Of a DNA stretch of 64,000 nt, positions 38,734 through 51,709 are shown one piece after another. Below the pieces are notes generated by a model, which was not told the DNA's origin, made no database searches, and saw only the letters and a list, made by a program, of their open reading frames with translations. Origin of the DNA: Pecten maximus (lineage: Eukaryota); assembly GCF_902652985.1 (NCBI RefSeq), contig NC_047019.1:23808001-23872000 (forward strand), in the 5' to 3' direction. Position numbers and translations under genes: made by a program. Every line of letters starts with the position of its first letter. Positions within the stretch are counted from its first letter, which is position 1.

Positions 38734-41700
38734 TCATGTTTTCTGCATGGCCTCCCTGCCATGTGGAGTAGTGAAGTCGATATCTGGTCCAATGGATACA
38801 ATCCTTGTCGGGTTGATCATAGCGTGGCTTGCCTGTGAAAATAACAAAAGAAGATGTATCACATTCCATTACCTTGGACAGGGCGGTCCACACTTGTAAT
38901 GGGTTGAAGTCAACTGCAACACTTTAATGTCATCAGTTCAATCACGCCACATCGGCAATGATTTGTATTGATGAGGTCATATCGACATTACATAACACAG
39001 TTCTAGCTAAGGGAAACAATATTTCACTCTTTTTGGTATGGGTTGATTTCAACCTTCGATTAAACCTCATGTTTGTCACTTTTAGAGCCTTCTCCCCAAG
39101 ATTGAGATCCTGTGTTATCTTCGGAAATGAGGGATTCTATGTATTTGAAGCTTTTACTATATACAAGCATTTATCAAATAAATAATGATGATTATTTTGT
39201 CGATATCATTATCTTGACAACGATTACAGCTAGCAGGGATATGTTACTGTTGCTATAATTTATATTTTGTAACAGACTCACCATGTAGTGTTTAGTGACG
39301 TGTTCAAGGTTCACGGTATCAGCCACCCCTGGGATCTGGCACAATTCCCTCAGGTATCCCCACATGTTAGGGTAGTCAATGATCCGCTTGTTACACTGGG
39401 CGAAATGTATAGAAAAGAAACATATGAAATAAGTTATCTGGGCACCATTGACATTCAAGATTTAAGCATCTTTTTTTTTAATTAGAGAAAAAAAAATTAC
39501 ATTACAACACATTGACATAAATTTACATGTTAACACTTTGATTCCAAACTTACAAACATTTCTTTTAACAGTTATCCGTTTATTTGTTGCAGAGTTTAAA
39601 CGTTCCGAATTTTGATTATCAAGACTGATTATTCAGTATATAATCTTCAAAATACCTTAAAATGTCCTACGTAAACCAAATCAAACCGTATCAGCGTTGT
39701 GAATAGACGGATATCTGCTTCGGTTAGATTACTCCCTGTTAGATAGCGGGTTTTGGACAGAATATGTTGTACCTGTAAAAAAAACAAAGGCACTCAAGCA
39801 AAATGATCAAACCCACAATATCAATTAATCCAAATTTTAGCGACGGAGCTGTCGGCAGCCAAAAGATGAAGATGATCAACCTGACTGTGTATCAAACAAG
39901 ACAAGAAATAGGATGTATATACGTAGACATGATCGTTTTGTATACGAAAGGTGAGAAACATTGTTGCTATGTTCAGAACAAAGAATATGGATTGAGTAAG
40001 TCCTGTGTACCTTGTCAAGACCCTCGAATACTTCACGTACAGCTGCATCATAGGCTTCTTGACTTGTTGCAAAACCGCTTCTGTACACACCATTGTTGAT
40101 CATTCTAAAAAATAGTTTGTATATCAATGTCTGGTGCTTTAGCATCAAAACATGTAATGAGTTGGCCCTATAATAAGTGAATAGAAATGAAAGTTCTGAA
40201 ATAGTAAGTGATAGTTTAGGATAGTTTGTATCAGTTGTCATATGGCGTTCGCAACATATCATATAATATCATATAATAGAAGGAAGGCAAGACACCAGAT
40301 TTTTCTTCCAAATAAATACAGCATGATTAACATGTTAAATTCTCCTCTTTATTTCATATCTACAGGCTATAATCGTATGTAAGCCCCCAACTTAGGATGG
40401 ATTAATGACCTGGAGTGTAGATATTATAATTTCAAATTCTTGTAAATATCACTACAACCAGACCGCAAATTGTCAATTACCTCCCTTACATTGTGTTCAA
40501 AAGCTAAAAACCATTTTTGATACATCAACCAACCTAGGCTCAGAAAGGGATGGTAAATGTATGGAAGTACATCAGATAAGACTTGTTTTGCTAGTCTTTA
40601 GAATATTTTGCAATGTCATAGGGGCTGGAGATGTAAATAAAAGCAGCGTTCAATTTAGTTTGAATTTAGAAGAGACTTTACTGGGATATAGTGAAGTTTC
40701 AAATATCGAATCTGTTCGATGTCTGTCACGTGGTTATGATTAGTCTGTCTCACACTAGAAATTGTGAAAAAACCTATAAGCGATGCTTCATTAATTATTG
40801 ACCGATATCACTAAAACTCTGAAATATATGTCTTCAGCTGGTGATTAATGTTAATGATAATAAAAATGATAAATAACTCTTAACGTAAAAGTAATTCAAA
40901 TTTTGTGCCATGCTCAGTAGTCCAACTAAATATAAACAGAAAAAAGTAATGGATTAATGACTCTACTAGGAGAGGTCTTACATATTGTACCTACGGATAA
41001 CTCCATCGATGTCCTTCCGAAGGGTTTCGGGATAAAAATCTAACATCCGCTGTTCCGCGGTAGAACAGCAACCATTGAATTCTGAGTTAAACATCCAGAT
41101 AATCTCGCTCGACTCGTTGTTTACAATAGTTTTCTGTTGTTTATCCCACAGGACGGGGACGGTGATACGGCCATCATAATCTAAAACATGGCATGCACTG
41201 GTGGTAACATCAAAGGTTAAAAAAATCGGCTAGGGTGAAGGCATATTGATGTTACTGACAAAGTTTCCAAACACAACATGGATTGGAATGGTACTGATAC
41301 TGTTTTAACAGGAGGAATAAAGTGATAGGTTGACTGAATCTAAAAAAAATCAGAACTAGGAAGCGATGTAACTTTAAACATACTTTCAAACACAACTTTA
41401 CTGCATCCTTTTTCTTATAAGTGCCATTTAGATGTTGTAAAATGCATTGTAAAATGCATTGCTAACGTGAAGTACATGAATTGAGAGAAACTAACATCTT
41501 AATAGGCCAACAATGATGAAATTCAATCGCCATAACGAGAATTTGACTGACCTGGGTTAGCTATTTGGTAAACCTCCCGCAATCGTGAACAACCGTTGAC
41601 AGTGTCAAAAGTACAATCAGCTTTCTGTGTAAACATAAAACAAGATCTACATTCATTTTCTTTATGACGGAATTTCGGAATGGCACGTTAACGAGTTTTC

Positions 41701-44700
41701 TATAGACTCAATGAATGGTGAAGGGGAGGGGGGGGGGGGGGGGGGGGGGGGGGCAAAACAACATTTGAACATAACATATATATAAACGGATATCAGAAGA
41801 GAATAGACATACAAAACATTTTGTTTTATTTTTCTACATATTATACCTGTTGCAAGTTTATAACCATGAATACATACTTTGTCTGTGAAAGACCATCCTT
41901 GTCCATCCAGGAACCAATCTACAACGTCATAAGAGATGGCCTGTTCCAATCCCTTGAGTTTCCTAACGGCCAGGGCACGGTGAGCCCAGGGACAGGCTAG
42001 GCTGGCATACAGATGATACCGCCCGGACTCCGACTTATACGCAGACGATCCATCCGCTGTACGTGCGAGACCAATGAATAGCGTGAAATAAGCAAAAATG
42101 CATATTGAGAGAAGAATTCGTCGTTATTGACAGTCATTCATTATTGGCAGTCATTAAAAAAAATTCTTGCTTTTTCAACATGAAATTTTGCACTTACTCA
42201 CTTTTAGGCTACATCTTACATATTCCATCTGTTCGATTATGTCAATGCATTAAACAAAGAATAAGAAGAATGTCAAACATGGAGAAAAAATATAATCAAC
42301 CTTATACATGTAGCATGAATCATATGCAATTCTGCTTCAAAACACTTATATGCATTTATATAATGTTAAATCTATTGAGAAGCATTTGAAATATCATCAC
42401 CAAATTGCTTGATCTGATTGCTATCTAAAAAATGGCGAACTAGTAACATTTCTTGTGCTGTCGTGGGATATTAATTACAGGTTAATTCGATTAACAAGAA
42501 CAAGTCTTCCCAACCTTCCTAAGAAGAGTGTTATTCAATACTTTCACAACATGTTGTTACAGTACAGGTAAACTTATCATTAAGTAATTTGATTGTGATG
42601 ACACCCTATAATTCTCCAACGTTATACTTTAAAACTTCTTACTTCACTCCAGCATGTGAAAATCCTACGGCTCATGACGTCATCATGTAGCCATTCAAGT
42701 TTCACTTACCCGTTATCCTACAACAAAGTAAAATCCTAATGAAAGCAAATATAGGTTTAAAGCTATATATTTAATCATTATATGAATAATCTTCATAACA
42801 CAGGACTTTAGAAGATAAATACATTTATACATGAAAACCTAATTATGTATGTCATCATTTTAAACCGAAAGTGCGTCCATGAATAGGTAATACCAGAAAT
42901 TGTACATCATAATAAGGAGAGATAATTCGGCCATAGTTAAAAATAAATACAATTTGTTGATACTTTGTTCTACTATAAACTACATGAAGAAATATAACAG
43001 GAAATTATATGTCCATGGGTGGTACAGGTAAATACTCCGCGAAAGGTCTTGTCCTAAATGGCTTGCTAAGTAACTATTTCCTTTCTTAGAGAACAACAGT
43101 AACTGGTAGAGAGTAATTATCTAAGTATTCATCTCATAATCAATTGTTTTCACAAAACCACTTTTCACAAGTCGCTCATATTATTTTTATTGTGTGTTTT
43201 TTTCTGTTATTTATCGAAATACGTATGATTGTCTAGACCGATGAATTTTACTCGTCCCCTTCGTCCCTTTAAGTTATATTAATTACAAGGGGACTTGTCA
43301 CGAATCCCAAACCCATAATATATCATACATATATACATGGACCATGGGTTAGGATTTCGTGAAAGGTCCATATGATTTCAAAATTGTACTTTATGACATC
43401 CTCTGATTAACCATGATTTCATCGTCTAACAGTAACATTGGTGATGTGATTATAACGACCGGAACTACCACCCCAGACCTGCCATGTAGTAGCTAATGAT
43501 ACAGTACACATTTTACATATCGATAAATCTACCGTAATTTCCTGCGTATTGCCCGCGGGCTATACGATTTATTTTACACCAGAAGATGTCTAGCGCAGGC
43601 CTTATGCTGATGTAGCCTATCTGTGGATTTTTTTTACTAAATCAAAAAAAAAAAAAAAAAAAAAAAGGTGGGCTATACGTTGTTAACTTTTTCCATTTGT
43701 ATTGAAACAGCAGATAAAGTAACTGATTTCAATGCGTTATATTCATGCATATGTAGGCTAGATCTAAGCTAGTTGTAAACAAAGTAAAGTGTGATAAGTT
43801 TAAATATAGATATATTTACAAAATAAACACAATATTTCCATCATATGTCTATGATTTCTATCATTCAACACATCATCGGTAAATCACAAAGTCACCATCC
43901 GTCAAAGTATGATGGCTCAGAATCACTTTTAAATAAATCCAGATTGACCTGGTCTAGTCGAGCAATCTAGGTAAGTGGTAAGTCTTCGTCGCTGTCGACG
44001 TATAACCTGCGGGCAATCTGCTAGTGCGCGCTATCTGGAATTTATTTTACAAAAGCATAAAAATGCCTTAATCCACTTCCCGGGGCTATACCCCGGAGCG
44101 GGCAAAAAGCAGACAATTACGGTACTGTAATAAGTTGCTTTCCAAAAACGGCCGATATAACCAGGATGCATGCAATTTTAACCTATGGCCTGTTTATCAA
44201 ATGTCCATACAGACATTTTCATATTGATATTAACATTTCGTTTCAGATACAACATATAAGTACATTTATAGGAATCATAATCTTTATTCAAATATATCAC
44301 CAAGATTTTTGCTATGATTTTTTTCCGAGAATTCCTTTATGAAATTACCCTGGTGATCGTGCTGTAAAAATGTCTACATCAACAATTTTGAATGAATTCG
44401 GACGCCGATTGTTAAAACACATAAAGGATTGCAATGGATAATCCATTTTTAAGCAACAATCATATTTGAATATGATTAGCAAGATCAAATAATTGTATTA
44501 AATATCAGTGTTCAATGTAAACAAACTTGTATCATCATTATTGAAAACAATATATTTTACTTCCTGAGGTAAACTGAGCCATTAATTAATGTATCACTAG
44601 ACTAGATATACGTATGTATTGTGAAAATGAGGATGGGGAGATTACCTTGTTCAAATTTTCAACTAGGTCATCAATGCCAATATTCTACCTCATCTCTGCT

Positions 44701-45980
44701 GTTAGATTACAAATGTTGATTTCTCCAATCTTATTATTTTTTGGAGTATACCATTAACCTTGTTATGTAATTGATATTCAAAGACAGAATTTGAAGTCCT
44801 TGATAAATGACATTTGCAACACGTATTGGTCTCCATTATCATTCTTTGTTATTTCTAACAGCTGCTGTCTCTTGGCTCAGTTTCTTGACAGAGATGACAT
44901 CAATGACATGTTTTTCACATCATCATAAACAGCCTTAACAAAATGTCAAACTATTATTGAAAGGTAGATGCGTTAACCATTCAAGTCAACATATATCAGC
45001 TGAAGAGTAAACGCCGTTATCATATAAATTCTACAACACTATTAATAAAAATGCAGAGGTTACTGATCGACGATGAAATTATAGTTAATCAGTAATTGTT
45101 TAAGTACATGTATTATAAATCAAACAGTCGGATGGGAGGAGTAATGTTCAGGGGTCAGGAGTATGTCATCTCACCTGTACTAATGGTCAATGCCACAGTT
45201 ATAGCTTGACACCTGTTTACAGTATACTGGCTACATTGAGCTGACGACGGCTTAAGATTTACAATCCAATTACTACCATCCTAGATTGATGTTGTAGTGA
45301 CAAGATAATATCTATTCTGTTATGCTGAAACATCACATGTACTAAATTCCATTCCAAGAACATTTCATAAGGAACATTTGTAGGAACTATATCCTGTGAG
45401 AAATACGATGAGGTATTCATACACGGAAATACAAAGAAAAAGGGAACTATCAAATTGTAACATGGCGGAAACAATTATTTTGGGTTGTCTCAAAGGGAAC
45501 GGGACCAAAATGGATGAGTACAGCTGCTCGCAGCTATTGAAGTTAAAATTCTACCGTCCAAAAACACTGCTGAAAAAGATAGCGACTTGCTGTGAAAGCC
45601 GTGAGCCATTCGAAAACAAAATATAATATCCCATTTGCAGTAAACAACCGTGGCTAATGCAGTGATGTCCAGGCGCCCACGCAATAAAGTGTGCATGTAA
45701 ACACAATGTGTTGTTTTGCAACCTGATATTTTTAAAAACTTATATAATGCATACAAATGTACACGCTATGCCTTTGATTGCAATGATTAATCAGTGAAAA
45801 TATTATCTTCCATCGAAGGTTTGTGAATATCTAGAAATGAATGTTGTTGTGTTTCACCTGGGATACACCTTTACACTAATTCTATGCTTACCAATCCCGG
45901 AAGACTGATTTTGTTCTGACGAATTCCCCTTTGGTTGAGGTAGGGAATTTTAACTCGGCATTGGGATCGTTGTCTGCCAT
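38734..45980 (-). CDS. yqjG: Glutathionyl-hydroquinone reductase copy B; 13-nt deletion in exon 5 (pseudogene, or rescued by a shifted donor)
   Basis: Exons 45980-45892, 42717-42710, 42056-41878, 41624-41552, 41180-40995 (or to 40982), 40104-40011, 39772-39656, 39395-39282, 38832-38734. CPWA is retained. Exon 5 is 186 nt versus 199 nt in paralogs; exon 8 has an in-frame 3-nt loss. Confidence 0.8.
42710..42717 (-). CDS. 8-nt micro-exon (GATAACGG) of copy B
   Basis: Context ttgtag|GATAACGG|gtaagt. Confidence 0.85.
43530..44124. mobile_element. Tc1/mariner-pogo-type MITE
   Basis: 25-bp TIRs CCGTAATTTCCTGCGTATTGCCCGC / GCGGGCAAAAAGCAGACAATTACGG (4 mismatches), flanked by TA on both sides. Confidence 0.8.
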
Positions 45981-46299
45981 TTGCCTAGCTGTATCCGTCA
46001 ATGTGAAACGTGTGTAATCACTACACATGTACATGTGCTGTGTATGCATGCGCGTCCGAGTATATAATGTATATAGGCCATGCTTCATTGGTCCCACTAA
46101 GAAAATCTGTTTTTGCTTATCTGGTATAACCCTATTTATCCTTTTCGAGTAGTCAGCAGACGGTTTGCATTATGTTGAAGAACTTCTTATTAATCAGTAT
46201 ATCATAAAATGAAAAAATGAGCAAGGGTGGTCTTTTCAGGGCCATTAGGCTTATGCTATAATTGTATGTCAGGTTAAAAAAAACCTCATCCGTCTTTCA

Positions 46300-46690
46300 A
46301 TTCGAAGGACCAAGGTTCGCTTTTGCCATGCCGTGGTGTCCGTCCGTTAGGCCGTCTATATATCCGTTTATATACAATTTAAGCGCCGGCTGTTAACTAG
46401 TATGTATTGTCAATGTAGATGAAATTTGTTCAAAGAATTCAATTCACAAAAATATATGCTGAAGTAGAACATCAAGGTAAAGGTCGAGGTCTTTTGGCCA
46501 AGAGGTCGATGTAAAAGTTTATATCTTCATCGATGGATATTACGTTTGTGAGAAATAAATAAGGAGCCAAACAGAAAATATCAAGGCCACGGGGTCAAAT
46601 GTCACGGTCATTTTGGTCCAATGGGAAATGTTTTGCCACAATCACTGAAATAACCAGGTGAGCGACACAGGCCATCTGGGTCTTTTGTTC
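46300..46690 (+). mobile_element. Short Helentron-like element related to 7334-10619, opposite orientation, no internal array
   Basis: The end ACCAGGTGAGCGACACAGGCCATCTGGGTCTTTTGTT closely matches the reverse complement of 7334-7369. GTCCGTCCGT lies near the other end. Confidence 0.65.
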
Positions 46691-46931
46691 ACTTCTAGAA
46701 AACTGCATTAATAACTGCTTCCTTCATTAATGTTGGTTGTACATGCTGGCTGCATATCACCATTTTATGAGCCCCAGCTATCCTTTAACATACACCCGTT
46801 TATTATGACGAAATCGGTGTGGAGTATGTCCTCAGAATGTCTTTACCAGATAATCTTCCTGTATGAGCGTAGAGGGGTGTGGCATCCTAAGCCACACCCG
46901 TCTAAGGTCACTGTGGGGGTATATAGAGAGC

Positions 46932-47630
46932 GATTTGAATTTCCTGTCGTAGTTGTACAGAGAGAAATATTTATAATATATGTACAATTCGTATCCATGT
47001 ATATAAATACATTGCGATCCAGGTATTCATATCATCTTATAGACGACATCCACAGTGATCATGTCAGGGAATCGGGCCGACCATCACTGTGCCATTGAAA
47101 CGTTCATTTTTAAGAACGCCGATGTTGCGCAGCGGTATAAGCTGCGGGTATTTCTGGCTAGGCGATTGGGCGCCGTAGATCGTGAGTTCGAGGTCCGGTC
47201 AGGGCACGAGTCAAAAGTAGTCTTCCTTCATTTGTGTAACTGTGTTATATATCCATTTATTAGCACAATGTATCATATACACTATGTGTTGGTAATCCCA
47301 AGATATAGATTTGAATTTCCTGTCGTAGTTGTACAGAGGAAAATATTTATAATATATGTACAATTCGTATCCATGTATATAAATACATTGCGATCTAGGT
47401 ATTCATATCATCTTATAGACGACATCACAATGATCATGTAAGGGTATCGGGCCGACCATCACTGCGCCATTGAAACGTTCTTTTTTAAGAACGCCGATGT
47501 GGCACAGCGGTATAAGCTGCGGGTATTTCTGGTTAGGCGATTGGGTGCCGTAGATCGTGAGTTCGAGGCCCGGTCAGGGCACGAGTCAAAAAGTAGTCTT
47601 TCTTCGTCATTTGTGTTACTATGTTATATA
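46932..47630 (+). repeat. Tandem duplication of a 376-bp unit, each copy containing a tRNA-like (A/B-box) segment (47118-47206, 47493-47581)
   Basis: GATTTGAATTTCCTGTCGTAG at 46932 and 47308, with high identity between units. A-box TGGCACAGCGG and B-box GAGTTCGAGG. Confidence 0.85.
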
Positions 47631-48223
47631 TATAACCGCAGACATTGCTTTTGATACATGTACGTATATAGAATACGTGTGACCCCTTCGATCTGAATCA
47701 GTAGATATAGTTAGTGTTCATACAAACATGAATGACAACGTTTATTTGTTTAATTTTTGCAATTGTAACAAATGGTAAACACAACATGAGTATTAGACCT
47801 AATGATAAGAAATGGATGACTAATGATATCAGACTACATATAAGGCAAAGGAATAGAGCACACAGGAAAGCAAAAACCACTAATTCAATTATACATTGGG
47901 AGAATTATAGAAACAAAAGAAATGAAACCATAAGTAAGATACGGGAAGCAAAGAAAACATATATTGAAAATTTACAAAAATTACTTAATGACAAAACTAT
48001 ACCTCCCAACAAAAGGTGGAAAATTGCACGGAATGTTCTAAATATAAATAACAAATCCACGTCTATCCCCCCACTAGTACACAATAACAATCTTACCCAA
48101 CATCCATTTGACAAAGCTGAGTGTCTTGATAAATATTTTGTTTCTATATATATACTACCTCACCTGACACTGGACCAGTACCTGAAGTTTCCAACAATCC
48201 CCAGCATTCCATAAACAATATCA

Positions 48224-48845
48224 TATTCTACCATGTTTGCTATGTAACGCCAGTTTTGATTGGTTAAAATCATGTATTATTTTCCAATAACCCACGCTCG
48301 TGCCAATAATGCACGCTCGTGAGTCACGGCTGTTGCAATTTTAAATATCTAATATTCACCCGTTTCATGAAAGGTTACTGTAGCCGAGTGGGCTAGTGGG
48401 TTAGTCTTTCAATATATTTTTATCACGACGCGAGTTCGAATCCTACGGAGGCCCCAACTTTTTTCTTTTTTTTTATCCTTTTTTTTTATTTTCAAAATCA
48501 ATGCCATATGCTAGATGCTCTTGATCGTAGTACTGTATTGCCTGTATATTTCATCAACAAATAATGCAATACTCAAGAAATAAATTACAAGGTTTTCCCG
48601 GGGTTTCTTTGCTGTTTTTCTATTAGAAAGAGGTCGATCTCAGAACTAAACAGTACATGGTAGAATAGAAATAATCAACTTTGACTCGTGTATTGTTGCA
48701 GGATATACAACTCGGACTCGGATATTTTGCAATTTTAATTAATAACTCAGGCCTGCGGCCTTCGTTATTAATTTAATTGCAAAATATCCTCGTCCTCGTT
48801 GTATATCCTGCAATAATACACGAATCATCGTTAATTATTTCTTAA
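48224..48845 (+). mobile_element. ~620-bp non-coding insertion in the LINE ORF2, with asymmetric inverted repeats, a tRNA-like Pol III unit and a terminal ~87-bp-arm hairpin
   Basis: LINE peptide ..HSINNI | ITEQDVKDQL.. is split here. IR TATTCTACCATGT (48224-48236) / ACATGGTAGAATA (48655-48667). Hairpin 48667-48842. Confidence 0.75.
48373..48460 (+). ncRNA. tRNA-derived Pol III-type unit (not a canonical tRNA)
   Basis: A-box TAGCCGAGTGG, B-box GTTCGAATCC (48434-48443), 5' GGTTACTGTAG able to pair with 3' CTACGGAGGCC, and T-runs from 48459. Confidence 0.5.
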
Positions 48846-50238
48846 ATAACTGAGCAGGATGTTAAAGATCAGCTATTCCTTTTGAATGGAAACAAACCAT
48901 CAGGACCCGATGATATGATCCCCAAAATAATCAAAAACCTTCACCCCTCTATACTCCTTCCTCTCACTCTTTTATTTAATAAAACACTTGAAACAGGTTC
49001 AATTCCACTTAACTGGAAAATGGCTAATATCAATGCCATATATAAAGGAAAAGACTTAATCAATGAAGTGTCAAATTACAGACCCATCTCGGTTACATCA
49101 TGTTTTAGTAAAATGTTAGAAAAAATTATATTCAAATACCTATACAATTACCTGACTACTTATAGAATTATTACTAAACATCAATTTGGATTTACACCAA
49201 AAGATTCTACTGTTAATCAATTATTGTCTATCTACCATACCATTGTTAACTGTCTGGATCAAAATAAAGAAATCAGATTCATTTTCTGTGACATAAGTAA
49301 GGCTTTTGACAGGGTTTGGCATGAAGATCTACTTTATAAATTAGAATCATATGGTATTAAAGGGAATCTCTTAAACTGGTTCAAAACATTTTTATCGGAC
49401 AGAAAGCAGAGAGTTTTAACTGAAAGTCATGCATCTACATTTGATCCAGTCCTGGCAGGAGTTCCTCAAGGGTCTGCCTCGGACCATTAATGTTTTTAAT
49501 TTATATTAATGAAATTGTTGATTGTGTCACTAACAAAATTAAGCTATTTGCCGATGACACTTCTCTTTAAGGTATAAGTGATAACAACCCCATGGAATCA
49601 GCTCAAAACTTATCTGATGATTTAAATAACATTAAAAACTGGGCAACTAAATGGGATATTAAATTTAATCCTGCTAAAACACAATCAGTAATTTTCTCTA
49701 GAAAAAATGATAAAAACCATCCTATTATAAATTTCTATGATGAACCAATTACTGAAATCAAAGCACATACACATCTAGGTCTAACTCTGAATGATGATGC
49801 CAAATGGAACCAGCATATATCTAATGTTTATGATAAAGCATTTAAAAGGATTAACATATTAAGACTACTGAAAAATAAAATAGATAGGAAATCTTTAAAT
49901 ACTATTTATACTGCCTATATAAGACCAATTATTGAGTATGCAGATGTTGTTTGGGATAACTGTTCAAAAGCCCAAAAAACTCTATTAAAATCAATCCAAC
50001 TGGATGCAGGACGATTAATTACAGGCCTACGAAAAGGTACTTCACATGATAAACTGTATAATGAACTAGGATGGGAAACATTAATACAGTAATAGAAGAA
50101 ATAAACATAAACTTATTTTAATGTACAAGATAATGAATAATGAACCCCCAGATTATTTAAGAGGAAAATTATAGAACCGTATATTCATGATGAAACTCTT
50201 GATCGTTATACTCTTCGTACAAACAGATTATTTATTTG

Positions 50239-50271
<33 letters not shown>

Positions 50272-50944
50272 TTGTGCCGAACAGTGAATTATTTTGAAAG
50301 TTATTTTCCATCTATGTTAAACGAAATGAATAGTCTAGCCCCTCAACTCATAAATATCAACTCTACAGCACAGTTCAAAAAATCATTAAACACAAACTTG
50401 CATAACAAATCTGATACAACTGATGTCTTTAAATATCTCGGTAGTCGTTGCATAAATATTGTTCTATGTCAACTACGAAATAAGGCAAGTAATCTCAATT
50501 ATGATCGTTATAAAGATCATCTAATCGAATCCCCAATGTGTGATTGCAACCAGTCTTTTGAAACTGTAACTCATTATTTTACTGAATGCAATAAATATCA
50601 GAATCTCCGCCAATCTCTTGAACAACAATTAATACATCAATATCACAATCACATGGTTGTGTCAGCTGCAATGACAACCAGAATAAAGATATATTGGTAC
50701 ATGTATCAAACTTTATAGTACAGTCAAAGAGACTCTAAAATTTATTTATTATTATTATTTCTTTTTTTTTTTAATGAAATTCACATATACTTTGAACTAT
50801 TTATTCTTCAGTATGAAATAATATCTTAACCCTAAGATGACCACCATGATACAGCAGGCTATGGGCAGCCGTACTAAATCTTAATTACATCAATTCACTT
50901 ACAATTATGTTATGTATGTTTTATTATATTTATATATCAGATAG

Positions 50945-51238
50945 AGGCAACTCCTATTAGTAAATTTCTCATAAATATTAATCTATCAGATCAAGTTGGT
51001 GTAACCCACCCTAAAAATACGTATCTATTTGGTGAATTTGGGTTTTGATCCCTATCAGTGGATGGCTATTGTGTTACACAAATGGACTTTAAGGCCTGTA
51101 TCTGTTGGGGGAATAAATTCAATTTGACCAAATAGATGCACTCAGCAATCAAAAAATAACATCCAAAATCATTTTAGAGTTTCACCTCATTTTTGTATAA
51201 TAAACCTTTGTCTTCACATTGAGGAGTTGCCTTCCCTT
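50945..51238. mobile_element. MITE-like insertion in the LINE 3' UTR
   Basis: Inverted repeats AGGCAACTCCT (50945) / AGGAGTTGCCT (51222-51232). Confidence 0.55.
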
Positions 51239-51709
51239 TTGTTGCACCATTGTTAATCTTAATTCATGTGTGTATATATGTTTATGTTTGTTTGCCACCT
51301 ATTATAATAAGGAGAGGACTAATATAGGCAATGCCTGATGTCTAATCCTATTGACAAAATTACATCTTATGTCAATAAAATATGTTGAAATTGAAATTGA
51401 ACATGAGTATCTATTTCCCCATACATGTACGTTAAGAGCACACACACATGGTGCACTCTGATAATATAAAATGGAAACGGATGCATGTCTATACATTTAC
51501 ATAGTATGCACGTCCAATACAAAATCATCATTTTGTGTTATAAAACTTCAAATAGTTGAAAGAAAAACTAAAATTGACTGAACGCCATTGGAATGAATAT
51601 TATATTACGGCTTCTGTCAGATCTCATTCAAGCTGAGGGAGCATATGTTCATTTTTATATCATATTAAAGATAATTGTTGAAATCTGTAAATCAATGTTA
51701 TCTCCTGTT

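Larger units (their letters stand above)
47794..51399 (+). mobile_element. 5'-truncated CR1-type LINE (RT pseudo-ORF2 plus 3' UTR) with 11-bp TSD
   Basis: RT motifs KPSGPD, WKMANI, NYRPISV, QFGF, FCDISKAFDRVWH, GVPQGS, LFADD, HLG. Frameshifts and stops are present. 3' end is AATAAA..(TTGAAA)n. TSD AACATGAGTAT at 47783-47793 and 51400-51410. Confidence 0.9.

Noticed and set aside
41722-41753. Poly-G run (and poly-C at ~50239-50271) as functional G-quadruplex or poly-Pro coding sequence
   Set aside because: They lie in an intron or a dead LINE, the poly-G is absent from the equivalent introns of copies A and C, and homopolymer length is unreliable in assemblies.
46730-47441. 122-aa and 128-aa ORFs sharing sequence
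   Set aside because: The shared peptide reflects the 376-bp duplication. There is no recognisable domain or splice structure.
47118-48460. Functional tRNA genes at 47118, 47493 and 48373
   Set aside because: A/B boxes are present but I could not fold a canonical cloverleaf with a proper anticodon arm.
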